Positions 1 through 9,206 of a DNA stretch of 39,846 nucleotides are shown in pieces. The notes under the pieces are model-generated. The model did no database searches, was not told the DNA's origin, and saw only the letters and a program-made list of their open reading frames with translations. A program made the position numbers and the translations under genes. Position 1 is the stretch's first letter. Each line of letters begins with the position of its first letter. The stretch comes from Lysobacterales bacterium (lineage in GTDB: Bacteria; Pseudomonadota; Gammaproteobacteria; Xanthomonadales; SZUA-5), in the NCBI GenBank assembly GCA_022844165.1, contig JALHMH010000040.1, positions 1 through 39,846 on the forward strand. The letters run 5' to 3'.

Positions 1-2952
1 GGTATCCGTCACCGTCGTCCCATCAGCCTTCGTAGCAGTGCAATACCGATCCTGCTGATAAAACGGCGGAATGGCCTGGTAGTACATCTGCGCAGTCACC
101 AGCGCCGGCTTGGCAGCCAGTCCCTTCACCACATACCTGAGCCGATCCTTCCCAGACCCATTCTGATAATCCGGATCGCGCGCCGCTTCGCCTTCCGGAC
201 TCACAGCAACCGCCAAGTTCTGATCCATCGGGAAGCCAGGGCCATGAACAACAGGCGTGCGGTCGCCAAACGCGGCAGCGATGGCGATGCGTTCGGCTTC
301 TGGCAGGAAGCCGTGCGGCTGCAGGCGGTTGTCTTTGGGGTGGCCGTTGATGGACAGGAAGCTGGTGGTCAGCTGGCCTTGGGCGTTGGTGATCAGTTCC
401 TGGTAAATCTGCGCCTGATCCTGGCGGGTGATTTCTTCGAAGTGCGGCTGCCAGGCGTTGGGCAGGCGCGCGCTGCAGTCTGCTTTCCACCAGAACTCGC
501 CGGCCAGCGGCAGGCCAACGCTGTCGATCAGCACGCCTTGGTCATTGCTACGGCCGGAGGCCCAGAGCACTTTTCGCTTGGCATCGAGCACCTGGAATTC
601 GACAAAGGCTCGGCGGAAGCCCACCCCGGAGGGGAAGCGGTGGCCGACGAGGTTATCGATCACGACCTCGGCCGTCAGCGTGCGGCTGGCGGCGTCCCAG
701 CGCGGCGTGAGCGTGAGGTCGACGGTTTGTTCGGCGGCGGTCTGGACGATGATGTTTTCAGTAACCTGCAGCGGCGGGACGTTCATGCCGCCGAGACCTG
801 GGTCTTGGCTGCGAATGCCGAAGATGCTGGTGAACTGCTGCGCCATCTCGATCAGGAAGATGTTGAGGCCGACCAGCTGGTGCTGCGCATAACCGCTGCG
901 CAGCGGCAGATCGATCTGATTAGCTGGCAGGCGATAGTCGGTTTGCGGATAGTTGCTGTATTCCTCGATCGAGGCGATTTTGCTGACCAGCGGTTTGCCG
1001 TCGCTGTCGACGCTGGGCATATGGCATTGCTGGCAGCTCTTCGGCGTGGCGCCGGGCCCGCCGGGCAGTTTTTCCTTGCCCAGCAAACCGGTGCGATAGG
1101 CGCTGAAGGCCCACTCCGGATAGGTGGTCTGCTCGTAACGTTTGGGGAAGCAGCGGAAGGGATCGGGCGGATCGGTTTGCGGCAGGCACAAGGGCTCGGG
1201 CTGCTCGCGATCGAGCACCGGCAGATGGATGCTGTGGCAGGAGGCGCACACCTCGCTGGTGCTGATATCGCTGTTGTGCTCCGGGATCACGCGCAGCGAG
1301 TTTTGCATGGGCTTGGTGAGCGGATCGGGGAAGGGGCCATTGAGCGTCTCGGGCGAACCGAGTGGGAAGCTGCCGGTGAAGGAGGCGGCGAGTCCGGTGA
1401 AAGTGGGATTGAGGCTCTTCTGTTTTTGCTTGATGCAGGTGTTCCACGGCGCATCGGCGAAACGCTCAGCTTCTTCGTTCAGCGCCAGATGGTGGCAACT
1501 GCTGCAGGAGATGCCGTCGCGCGCGAGGCCGGCGTAGCTGGCGGCCTGCGCCTGGTGCGGCCAGCTTTGGTCGGTGTAGGGGAAGGGCACGACGTTGGCG
1601 TCGGCGCGCAGGAAGGGCTCGCATTTGCCGGTGTCGGCGTGGGTGTCGATGGCCTTCTGGCGCTGGCCCATGTTGCCGTGGCACTGCAGGCAGGTGTCCT
1701 GGATCAGCGCGCGCAGCGCGGCCTTTTGTTTGGGCGAGGCTTTGCGATTGAGATCGGCGAGCAGGATTTGTTCGCTTTCGAGCTGCGCGTAGAAAATCGG
1801 ATCGCGCCCGGCGAGACCCATCGGCGAGCTGCTCCACATCGAGTACGGCGAGATGCTGACCGGCTTGCCATCGCCGCCCGCGCCGAGCGGGCCGGGTTTG
1901 AAGTCGAGCATGTCGAGCTGCAGCCCGGTGCCGTTAGCTTGATGGCAGCCCACGCACTGCGTGGAGGTCATGAAGTGATCGACCGGACCGGTGCCCGGGA
2001 TCAGCACGCTGTCGTAGGTTTGCGAGGGCATATTCGCCGGCACGGGCGCGGCGCGTTTGCCGAAGGTGGCGTGGAACGCGGGCGCTGGCGCGGCCAGCGG
2101 CGTATCGATCGATTGTACGGGCGCTGCCGGCAATGCGCGCTCCAGATGCACGCCGTCGTCGCTCTGCGTCGACATCGGCGGCAGTTGCGTCAGGAACGTG
2201 GCCGGATGGCCATCGATGTTGTTCATCGATGCGAAGGTGCTGCCGGGCGTGGTGGAGCCGTGGCAGTTCAAACAAAAACCCTGTCCACCATCGCCCATGG
2301 ACGTGAGCCCGTTGCCGGGGCCGGCGGGCCAATCCACGACCGCGCCTTTGCCATACCAGCCGGTGAACCAGCCGGTGGAGAAGCTCTTCGAATCGCGGAT
2401 GAAAATCACCGCGCCGCTGCTGCCCGGCGGCAGGCAATCGAAACACTGGCCGGTGTATAGCGCCGCCGGTGCCGGCCACATTTCTTTGACCATGATCGCG
2501 CCATCGGGAATCGGCGGTGGATTTGTCGGCGCCTCGCTCTCAATGGCCGGACGATTGACGCGCATCCACTCGAACATCTCCGGCGAGTACCAGACGCGCG
2601 CCACGGCGTGCGTGCCGTAACTCTGGCCGTTGAACTTGCCGTTAGCGAAGGTGGTGATGAACGGCCCGGTGTCGCGCGCGGTGCGATCGTGCGGCCAGTC
2701 GTAACGCTGGTCGGTGGCGCGGCGGTAACAGTAGCCGCCCATCCAGTCGCCGACGATTTTTTCGAAGCGGTCGAGTTGGATCTGACCGCCCGAGACGAAG
2801 TCTGCCGGGCGTTTGAGCCTGGATTCGAGCTTTAAGCACAGCGCCGGATCGGGCGGCGTGACCATCGTGCAGCGCTGCGCGATAGCGCAACTGTTCGCCG
2901 ATACGTCCTGAGCCAGGACCAGCAGCAACAGCACTGCGAACACGATACGCAT
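1..2952 (-). CDS. Secreted multiheme c-type cytochrome with N-terminal cytochrome P460-like domain (3' end beyond window edge)
   Basis: Manual translation from ATG at 2952 (RBS GGGGAAGG) is open to position 1 (984 codons, no stop, hence absent from the ORF track). Signal peptide MRIVFAVLLLLVLAQDVSA; P460-like PDGAIMVKEM; six CxxCH: CLNCH 2260-2274, CVGCH 1942-1956, CLQCH 1678-1692, CSSCH 1492-1506, CASCH 1234-1248, CQQCH 1021-1035. Confidence 0.9.
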   Translation of the reverse strand, partial: MRIVFAVLLLLVLAQDVSANSCAIAQRCTMVTPPDPALCLKLESRLKRPADFVSGGQIQLDRFEKIVGDWMGGYCYRRATDQRYDWPHDRTARDTGPFITTFANGKFNGQSYGTHAVARVWYSPEMFEWMRVNRPAIESEAPTNPPPIPDGAIMVKEMWPAPAALYTGQCFDCLPPGSSGAVIFIRDSKSFSTGWFTGWYGKGAVVDWPAGPGNGLTSMGDGGQGFCLNCHGSTTPGSTFASMNNIDGHPATFLTQLPPMSTQSDDGVHLERALPAAPVQSIDTPLAAPAPAFHATFGKRAAPVPANMPSQTYDSVLIPGTGPVDHFMTSTQCVGCHQANGTGLQLDMLDFKPGPLGAGGDGKPVSISPYSMWSSSPMGLAGRDPIFYAQLESEQILLADLNRKASPKQKAALRALIQDTCLQCHGNMGQRQKAIDTHADTGKCEPFLRADANVVPFPYTDQSWPHQAQAASYAGLARDGISCSSCHHLALNEEAERFADAPWNTCIKQKQKSLNPTFTGLAASFTGSFPLGSPETLNGPFPDPLTKPMQNSLRVIPEHNSDISTSEVCASCHSIHLPVLDREQPEPLCLPQTDPPDPFRCFPKRYEQTTYPEWAFSAYRTGLLGKEKLPGGPGATPKSCQQCHMPSVDSDGKPLVSKIASIEEYSNYPQTDYRLPANQIDLPLRSGYAQHQLVGLNIFLIEMAQQFTSIFGIRSQDPGLGGMNVPPLQVTENIIVQTAAEQTVDLTLTPRWDAASRTLTAEVVIDNLVGHRFPSGVGFRRAFVEFQVLDAKRKVLWASGRSNDQGVLIDSVGLPLAGEFWWKADCSARLPNAWQPHFEEITRQDQAQIYQELITNAQGQLTTSFLSINGHPKDNRLQPHGFLPEAERIAIAAAFGDRTPVVHGPGFPMDQNLAVAVSPEGEAARDPDYQNGSGKDRLRYVVKGLAAKPALVTAQMYYQAIPPFYQQDRYCTATKADGTTVTDT

Positions 2953-3347
2953 GACACCTTCCCCCAAGGCCGCGACGGGAAGCAGTATGTCAACAAATCG
3001 TCAGCGTGTGAGGCCGGCAAATCTCGCAAATTCTCACAAATGGCCGGGCCGGCACATCGACCGGAGAGCCGGCGCGCGCGAGCAGAATGTGCGTCGCGAT
3101 GGAGTCGCGCCTGCTCGACGCGATACCCCTGCACTCGCTGGCGCGACCCCAGCGCTTCCACGTAGCCCGGTGACGTCGCAGGCATTGGGAGAATCGCGGA
3201 CCTTGGCGGCTTTCACACACGCCGAGGACGCAACTTTTTCGGATTCGACAAAGGCTCTGGCTCGAAATCAGGTCGCCATCAACGAGCCTCTTCGCAGGCT
3301 GGCTCCGCGTCTGTAGGCTGTCAGCCTCCTAACGACGTCGCCATCAC

Positions 3348-5324
3348 ATGCGCATCTGGTCAGTATTGTTGTTCTTCGCAAGCGGCGTAGCCGCAGAAAC
3401 CTATACACGCGGCGAGTTCAGTTTCGCCATCGAACCGGCGCCCGACTTCGTCGCAACGCTCGATGTGCCGGGGACCACCGAGTTGCCGCCGGATGGCGCC
3501 GTGCGCCGTTGGTTGAACGATACCCAACACGATTTGCGCGGTCAGACGGTGTTGTATCGGAGGTTCGTAAGCGAGGCATTGAGCGCCCAGGGTCTGGGTG
3601 ATGTCGCCCAGCCGCGTATCGATTTCGATCCCAGCTACCAGCGTCTGAGTTTGCACGCGATCGATGTCACCCGTGCAGGCAAGATCACCTCGCGTCTCAA
3701 GCCGGAGTCCGTCACGCTCGCGCGACGCGAGCAGATGGCCGATACGATGGGCATTTACACAGGTCTGGTCACTGCGATGATCGAACTCGACGATGTGCGC
3801 GTTGGCGATCGTGTCGATATCCGGTATTCGCTGACCGGATTGCATCCGGTGCTCGGCGAGATCGGCGGAGACGACTACTGGCTGGCGGTGGATCATGGCA
3901 TGGTGTTGCGCCATGTCCGTGTTCTCAGCAAGAACCCGCAGCGATGGCGGACGCCCGCTGGCGTGGCCCCGCCGACGGAGAAAAAGCATGGCGATCACTT
4001 CGAATACGTGTACCACAAACAAGACGTCGCAGGCATTGTGCTCGAGCCGGATTTGCCGGGTTGGGCCGAGCCGTATCCCATCCTTGAACGCAGCGAAGCG
4101 GCCGATTGGCGCGCTGTGGCGCGTTGGGCCGTGGCACTCTATCCGAGCGTAGCGCCAGAGCCTGAGTTCTCCAGGCTGGTCGCGAAGTTCTCAAAGATCG
4201 AGGATGCCAATGCGCGCGCACTCGCGGCGCTGCGCTTCGTACAGGACGAAATTCGCTATCTATCCCTTTCGCTTGGCGAAAGCACGCATCGACCGGCAGA
4301 TCCGGACGTGGTTCTCAAACGGCGCTTCGGCGATTGCAAAGACAAGTCCCGCTTGTTGGTTGGCCTGCTCCAGGCGCTCGATGTATCGGCGCAACCGGTA
4401 CTGGTGAATTCGTTCAGCGGTCGCGCACTGCCCGGCAAGCTGCCACGGGCGGCCGTCTTCGACCACGTCATCGTGCGCATCGAACTCGAGGGCGGCGCCG
4501 TATTCGTCGACCCGACGGCGACGCTGCAGCGTGGCGACTTCAAGTCACAGGGTTTTCCGGACTTCGGCCACGGCTTGATCGTCGCGGCCGATAGCGCCGA
4601 TTTGGTGCCTTTGCAGCGCCTCGCGCCGTCCATCGATGGGTACCACTCGCGATACACCCACCGGGTCGAGGGCGCCGATTCGACGGCAGAGGTCCAGTTG
4701 GTTTGGCGCGGGGCGTACGCGGAATGGATGCGTCGCAAGTTGTCGAGCGAAAGTCGGCGCAGTGTCGCAGATGCCTTGCGGGCAACGCTGGTGCATACGC
4801 ACGGAAACGCAACAGGACTTCAGGAAATCCAAATCGAAGACGACGAAGCGGAAAATCGCTTGACCATCGTCGATCGTGTTCAAGTCCGCAATTTCGTCAG
4901 ATCCGAAGTGGGAAAGGAGCGCTTCCAGGTGGGCGCCGATGTGATTGCCGAGTTGTTGCCCTTGGCGCAAGTCGCCGAACCCAAGGGGCCAATGGCGTTG
5001 TCGCACCCGATGACCATCGAGCAAGAATTCATCGTCGAATTGCCGGCCGATGCGCTGCCAACGGCAGAGCGGTTGCGCGTCGAGTTGGATGACGCAGCGG
5101 TGGTTTTCGAACGCACGGCGCAACTGAACGATGGCCGCTTCACTGCGAACTTCAAGGCAACCACCAGGCACTACGAAGTCCGCGGAAATGGGGTGGCGGA
5201 ACACGCGCAACTCCGGCGGAAAATTCACGACGAACTGAGTATGTCGGTCAATGTCAACCGCGAGGGCGCAAAGTTGCGCTCCCGCGAAGAGCGTATGCGC
5301 GCCTTGTTGGGAGAGGACAAATGA
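3348..5324 (+). CDS. DUF3857 + transglutaminase-like domain secreted protein
   Basis: 658-aa ORF with signal peptide; DVRVGDRVDIRYS (DUF3857-like); intact Cys-His-Asp motifs RFGDCKDK / FDHVI / VFVDPT. Confidence 0.85.
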   Translation: MRIWSVLLFFASGVAAETYTRGEFSFAIEPAPDFVATLDVPGTTELPPDGAVRRWLNDTQHDLRGQTVLYRRFVSEALSAQGLGDVAQPRIDFDPSYQRLSLHAIDVTRAGKITSRLKPESVTLARREQMADTMGIYTGLVTAMIELDDVRVGDRVDIRYSLTGLHPVLGEIGGDDYWLAVDHGMVLRHVRVLSKNPQRWRTPAGVAPPTEKKHGDHFEYVYHKQDVAGIVLEPDLPGWAEPYPILERSEAADWRAVARWAVALYPSVAPEPEFSRLVAKFSKIEDANARALAALRFVQDEIRYLSLSLGESTHRPADPDVVLKRRFGDCKDKSRLLVGLLQALDVSAQPVLVNSFSGRALPGKLPRAAVFDHVIVRIELEGGAVFVDPTATLQRGDFKSQGFPDFGHGLIVAADSADLVPLQRLAPSIDGYHSRYTHRVEGADSTAEVQLVWRGAYAEWMRRKLSSESRRSVADALRATLVHTHGNATGLQEIQIEDDEAENRLTIVDRVQVRNFVRSEVGKERFQVGADVIAELLPLAQVAEPKGPMALSHPMTIEQEFIVELPADALPTAERLRVELDDAAVVFERTAQLNDGRFTANFKATTRHYEVRGNGVAEHAQLRRKIHDELSMSVNVNREGAKLRSREERMRALLGEDK

Positions 5325-7591
5325 CCGGTGCATGGTTGGCGTTGCTGTTTGCCGCGGGCGAACCGGCGGCGCCGTTGGCGGCGCAACTGGATGCCGCAAT
5401 TGCGGCGCCAGACACCTACGATTACGCAAAGTTGTGGACCGGCTTCGCCGAACGCGGCGACTTCGAATCCAATACGCACTACGCTTTGTTTGGTCAGTTC
5501 GCGAATCCCTTTGCGCCCAGCGATGACGAATGCACGGCGCATGCGCCGGCGGCTCGATCTGCCTTGGACCACGTGCCGGTGTCGTTAGCGCTGCACTATG
5601 TGGTGGCTGCTTGCGGCGATGAATCGACGGCAAAGGCGCATGCCGCAATTCTCAAGGGTCTGGTTGCATCCCAGGAGCGGCCGTATACGGGCCGTTTTCC
5701 GATCACAGCCTATCGCGTTTTTCACCGCTGGGACGCAGAAGCGCTGATTCGCAGCAAGGGCTACGAGGTGCACAGCGTAGCGCTGCAGCCCATGGATGAT
5801 TACAGCGTCGCGCCGTTGAGTTTTGTGGTGACCACGAGCGACGACCCGCGCCAATTCGAAGTCTATGTCGACATTCTCGATTTGCCAGCGCGCATTCTCG
5901 AACGCGATCCAAACGCGCATCCACTGCTGCGGCCAGCGTTGTTGATCGAACTCGCGGACTCGGGTCTGATCGACCCGAATCGACCGCTCGACACGGCAAC
6001 CCGTGTGGTCGATGCGGTGATTCATCTCGGTGCTGGGGACATCGATGCCGAACGGGCGCGGCGCAGTATTCTGGAAGTGCGCAACGCCGATCGCGGCGCG
6101 GTGGCGAAAATGCTCGAACTCTGTGCCCTCGGCGAATTGCAATATTGCCAGGCCAACGACATCGACCTGTTGCTCGACGATGCCGAAACCGGCAATCCTC
6201 AGGCGCTGATCATGCTCAGCGTTTTGCACGCCAAGGGTTACCTGGTTGCCGCAAACGGTGAGCGCGCGCTGGGCTTCTACAAACAACTGCGTGAACGCAG
6301 CGATGCCGACTATGCGGCGATCCACATGGCGGCAAAGCTCTCGCGATTGCGGATCGGGAATGCCGCCAACGCCGCGGCTGGCCCGCTATTGGCGGCGCTC
6401 GTCGAAGATCTCGTCAAGGCGGCGCCAAATTTTCCGCCCGCCCATCTGGCGCTCGGTTGGTTGAGCTTCCTGGGGGCGCCGGGGACCGACAAAATGGGTA
6501 CCTTGGTAGAGCTGGCAGAACGCGCCTGGCGCGGAGGATTCTTGCCCGCTGGACTGACTCAGGCGGCCCCCTGGTCTGGCGATCCCGCCCAGCGCGAACG
6601 CGCCATCGAACGACTGACGGAGATCAACTCGAGCGTTGCCACGGCCACATCCCGATTTTTGCTCGGCAACAACTTGCGTGCCGAAGGGCGTTACGACGAA
6701 GCAGGACCTTGGATTGCGAGTGCCGCAGGCACCGGCTCACCGGCGGCGATGTTGATTTACGCGGACGAGTTTTTTGGCGACAGCGACGAACGTGCGGCGA
6801 TGGGCCGAGCCCTGTTGCATACGGCGTTTGCGCTAAAACATCTGCCGGCCTTGCCGGCGCTCGTCGACAGCTATATCCACCAGCCGGCAAGCAGCGAGGA
6901 AATGTTGGAGGTTTACAACATGCTGGTGGCGGCAACCGAGACGACCGATCTGGCCATTTTCCATCTGGCCCTTGGGCGTGCTGAGATTGCCGGGCTGGGC
7001 GGAAAGAAGCAGTTGCGGCGTGGATTGAAGTCAGTGCGGCATGCGCAGAAACGTGGATCGCCTACGGCGTTCCTGTACGAGTACGAACTGATCGAATCGG
7101 GCCAGCTGCGTGCGTCGAGTTGGCGTAAGCGCGTTAAGCTGCTCGACGGGGCTTTGGACTTCGGGGCAGCGCCAGCCATCAAGGCAACAGTGGGTCGAAT
7201 CCTGTACAGCCATCGGGAATCGACGTCGACCGAACAAGACCGCGGGTTGCGCTTGATGGTCGAGGCGGAAGAAGGTGGTCAAACCTATGTTCTCAATGAC
7301 GCCGCATGGTCGATGTGTACCGAGCGGGGCGATACGCAGCGGGGGTGGTTACTGGCCAGGCGCGCCCTCGAGCGCCGGCGCGATGGCACCACGCTCGATA
7401 CCACTGCCGCATGCGCTGCCGTGAACGGTGACTTCGCCGCAGCCATCGAGTTGCAAACCGCCGCGCTGCAGGCGCAGCCCGATGATCCGCGGCTGACAGA
7501 CGTCCGCGAGCGGTTCGAAAAGCGGCTGGCGAATTACCGTGCCGGAAACGTCGAGTTTGGGCAGACTCCAACGCCAGGAGATTCAGAATGA
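5321..7591 (+). CDS. Sel1/TPR-repeat secreted protein
   Basis: 756-aa ORF with ATGA overlap to the upstream gene; Sel1-like helices (AETGNPQALIMLSVLHAKG, AAGTGSPAAM); C-terminal LNDAAW...LDTTAACAAVNGDFAAAIELQ TPR-type element. Confidence 0.7.
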   Translation: MTGAWLALLFAAGEPAAPLAAQLDAAIAAPDTYDYAKLWTGFAERGDFESNTHYALFGQFANPFAPSDDECTAHAPAARSALDHVPVSLALHYVVAACGDESTAKAHAAILKGLVASQERPYTGRFPITAYRVFHRWDAEALIRSKGYEVHSVALQPMDDYSVAPLSFVVTTSDDPRQFEVYVDILDLPARILERDPNAHPLLRPALLIELADSGLIDPNRPLDTATRVVDAVIHLGAGDIDAERARRSILEVRNADRGAVAKMLELCALGELQYCQANDIDLLLDDAETGNPQALIMLSVLHAKGYLVAANGERALGFYKQLRERSDADYAAIHMAAKLSRLRIGNAANAAAGPLLAALVEDLVKAAPNFPPAHLALGWLSFLGAPGTDKMGTLVELAERAWRGGFLPAGLTQAAPWSGDPAQRERAIERLTEINSSVATATSRFLLGNNLRAEGRYDEAGPWIASAAGTGSPAAMLIYADEFFGDSDERAAMGRALLHTAFALKHLPALPALVDSYIHQPASSEEMLEVYNMLVAATETTDLAIFHLALGRAEIAGLGGKKQLRRGLKSVRHAQKRGSPTAFLYEYELIESGQLRASSWRKRVKLLDGALDFGAAPAIKATVGRILYSHRESTSTEQDRGLRLMVEAEEGGQTYVLNDAAWSMCTERGDTQRGWLLARRALERRRDGTTLDTTAACAAVNGDFAAAIELQTAALQAQPDDPRLTDVRERFEKRLANYRAGNVEFGQTPTPGDSE

Positions 7592-8346
7592 CCCGTTTTA
7601 CCGACCACATCGTACTCATCACCGGCGCTGCTCAAGGTATCGGGCGTGCGACCGCAGACGCTTTCGCTCGCGCCGGCGCTACAGTTGTGCTCGCCGACAT
7701 CGATATGCTGGCGGCGACGGAGGCAGCTGAAGCGATCGTCGCCAGCGGCGGATGCGCGGAAGCACTGCCGGTGAATGTGGCGGATGCTACGTCGGTCGCG
7801 ACGTTGTTCGATACCATCCTGTCCCGGCATGGGCGCCTCGATTGCGCTTTCAACAACGCCGGCATCGAAGAAGAATCGGCACGTCTCGCCGACGGCACCG
7901 AAGCGCTGTTCGATCGCCTGATGGCGGTGAACGTCAAGGGCGTATGGCTGTGCATGAAGCACGAACTGGCGCTGATGGCCAAACAGCGTCGCGGCGCGAT
8001 CGTCAATACGGCATCCATTGCCGGATTGGTCGGTGCGCCGAAGCACTCCGTGTACGCTGCGTCAAAACACGCCGTGATTGGTTTGACGCGCAGCGCGGCC
8101 GCGGAATACGGGCGGCTGGGCGTGCGCGTGAATGCCGTGTGCCCGGCCGTGATTCGCACAGCGATGTACCAACGCGCGATCGAACGTGGCGTTGCGACAA
8201 CCGAAGCGATCGCCGCCCTGCATCCGATCGGGCGCATCGGCGAAGTTGAAGAGGTCGCCAATGCCGTTCTTTTCTTGTGCTCGGACGCTGCGCCTTTTAT
8301 CACCGGTCACGCGCTGACCATCGATGGTGGGGCAACGGCGGTCTGA
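7588..8346 (+). CDS. Short-chain dehydrogenase/reductase (classical SDR)
   Basis: TGAAQGIG Rossmann motif, NNAG, YAASK catalytic motif, terminal DGG; ATGA overlap with the upstream gene. Confidence 0.93.
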   Translation: MTRFTDHIVLITGAAQGIGRATADAFARAGATVVLADIDMLAATEAAEAIVASGGCAEALPVNVADATSVATLFDTILSRHGRLDCAFNNAGIEEESARLADGTEALFDRLMAVNVKGVWLCMKHELALMAKQRRGAIVNTASIAGLVGAPKHSVYAASKHAVIGLTRSAAAEYGRLGVRVNAVCPAVIRTAMYQRAIERGVATTEAIAALHPIGRIGEVEEVANAVLFLCSDAAPFITGHALTIDGGATAV

Positions 8347-8350
8347 TTCC

Positions 8351-9154
8351 TCAGTTGACGTCATCCGACATCACCGGCATCAGGTGCACCGTGCCTTCGC
8401 TGTCGATGGTGAACGCGCGTGCGCCGCGACCGAAAGTGGCCGACAGGTGCATGCGATCGCCATCGACGTTGGCGGAGGGCAGGCCCTGGGACGACGTGAT
8501 GCGTCGGCCGGCTACGTGCAGCACGATGTCGGAAAACGCGGGTACGCCAGCAAAAACATCGCCGCTGGTCGTCACCGTGGCCGACGACCATCGCCCAGTC
8601 AGTTGCCGCACGACAACATCGCCCGAATCGGACCGTATGTTGAAATCCGAATGCGCCGTGAGTTCGATGTTCCCGGACGCGCTCCTCAGTCGCGCGGCCC
8701 CGCCAATGCCACGAGCCTGCAGCATTCCGTCGCGGGTGCGGACATCGATTGAAAAATCGGACGGCACGAAAACCGCCAGGTCGATACGGCCATAGCGGTG
8801 ATCGCTGCCGGCGATCAAGCGCTGTTCGTCTGGGTATCGCACATTCAGATGTATCTGGCCGTCGTTTTCGAAGGCATCGATCGTCCCCTGAAGGGGCGTT
8901 TCGCCGATGTGCTGGACGATGGCGTACAGGCCAAGCACACGCTGATTGTTCACCCGCAGACGCACATCGCCGTGCAGATTGAGCAATGTCAGTCGTCGCG
9001 TACCTGGGTGCAGGTCGATGTGCGTCTGCACATGTTCGATGGCAAACGGCGTTGGTGCATCGCTGGATGGCGGGGCAGGCCGCAGGGAATCCAGCGCCGC
9101 GCAGGCCGCTGGTGACAAACCCGCAACGATGGCCATAAAGCGAAAGGAAGTCAT
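8351..9154 (-). CDS. DUF4097/adhesin-like beta-strand-repeat exported protein
   Basis: Repeated x-S/T-x-S-G-D/N units (LRSASGNIEL, IRSDSGDVVV, VTTSGDVF) and LAVFVPSD. Start re-chosen at ATG 9154 (MTSFRFMAIV) because the track start overlaps the kinase. Confidence 0.65.
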   Translation of the reverse strand: MTSFRFMAIVAGLSPAACAALDSLRPAPPSSDAPTPFAIEHVQTHIDLHPGTRRLTLLNLHGDVRLRVNNQRVLGLYAIVQHIGETPLQGTIDAFENDGQIHLNVRYPDEQRLIAGSDHRYGRIDLAVFVPSDFSIDVRTRDGMLQARGIGGAARLRSASGNIELTAHSDFNIRSDSGDVVVRQLTGRWSSATVTTSGDVFAGVPAFSDIVLHVAGRRITSSQGLPSANVDGDRMHLSATFGRGARAFTIDSEGTVHLMPVMSDDVN

Positions 9155-9206
9155 CCAGGCGACCGGCAGGAACCAGTGAAGATCTTCGCGCGCCGACGGC
9201 TCAGGT

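Noticed and set aside
244-2460. 738-aa plus-strand ORF
   Set aside because: Antisense shadow of the minus-strand multiheme cytochrome; no motifs, whereas the opposite frame has a signal peptide and six CxxCH.
2951-3316. 121-aa ORF or ncRNA in the 2953-3347 intergenic region
   Set aside because: No RBS, motifs or recognisable RNA-family structure; treated as a divergent promoter region.
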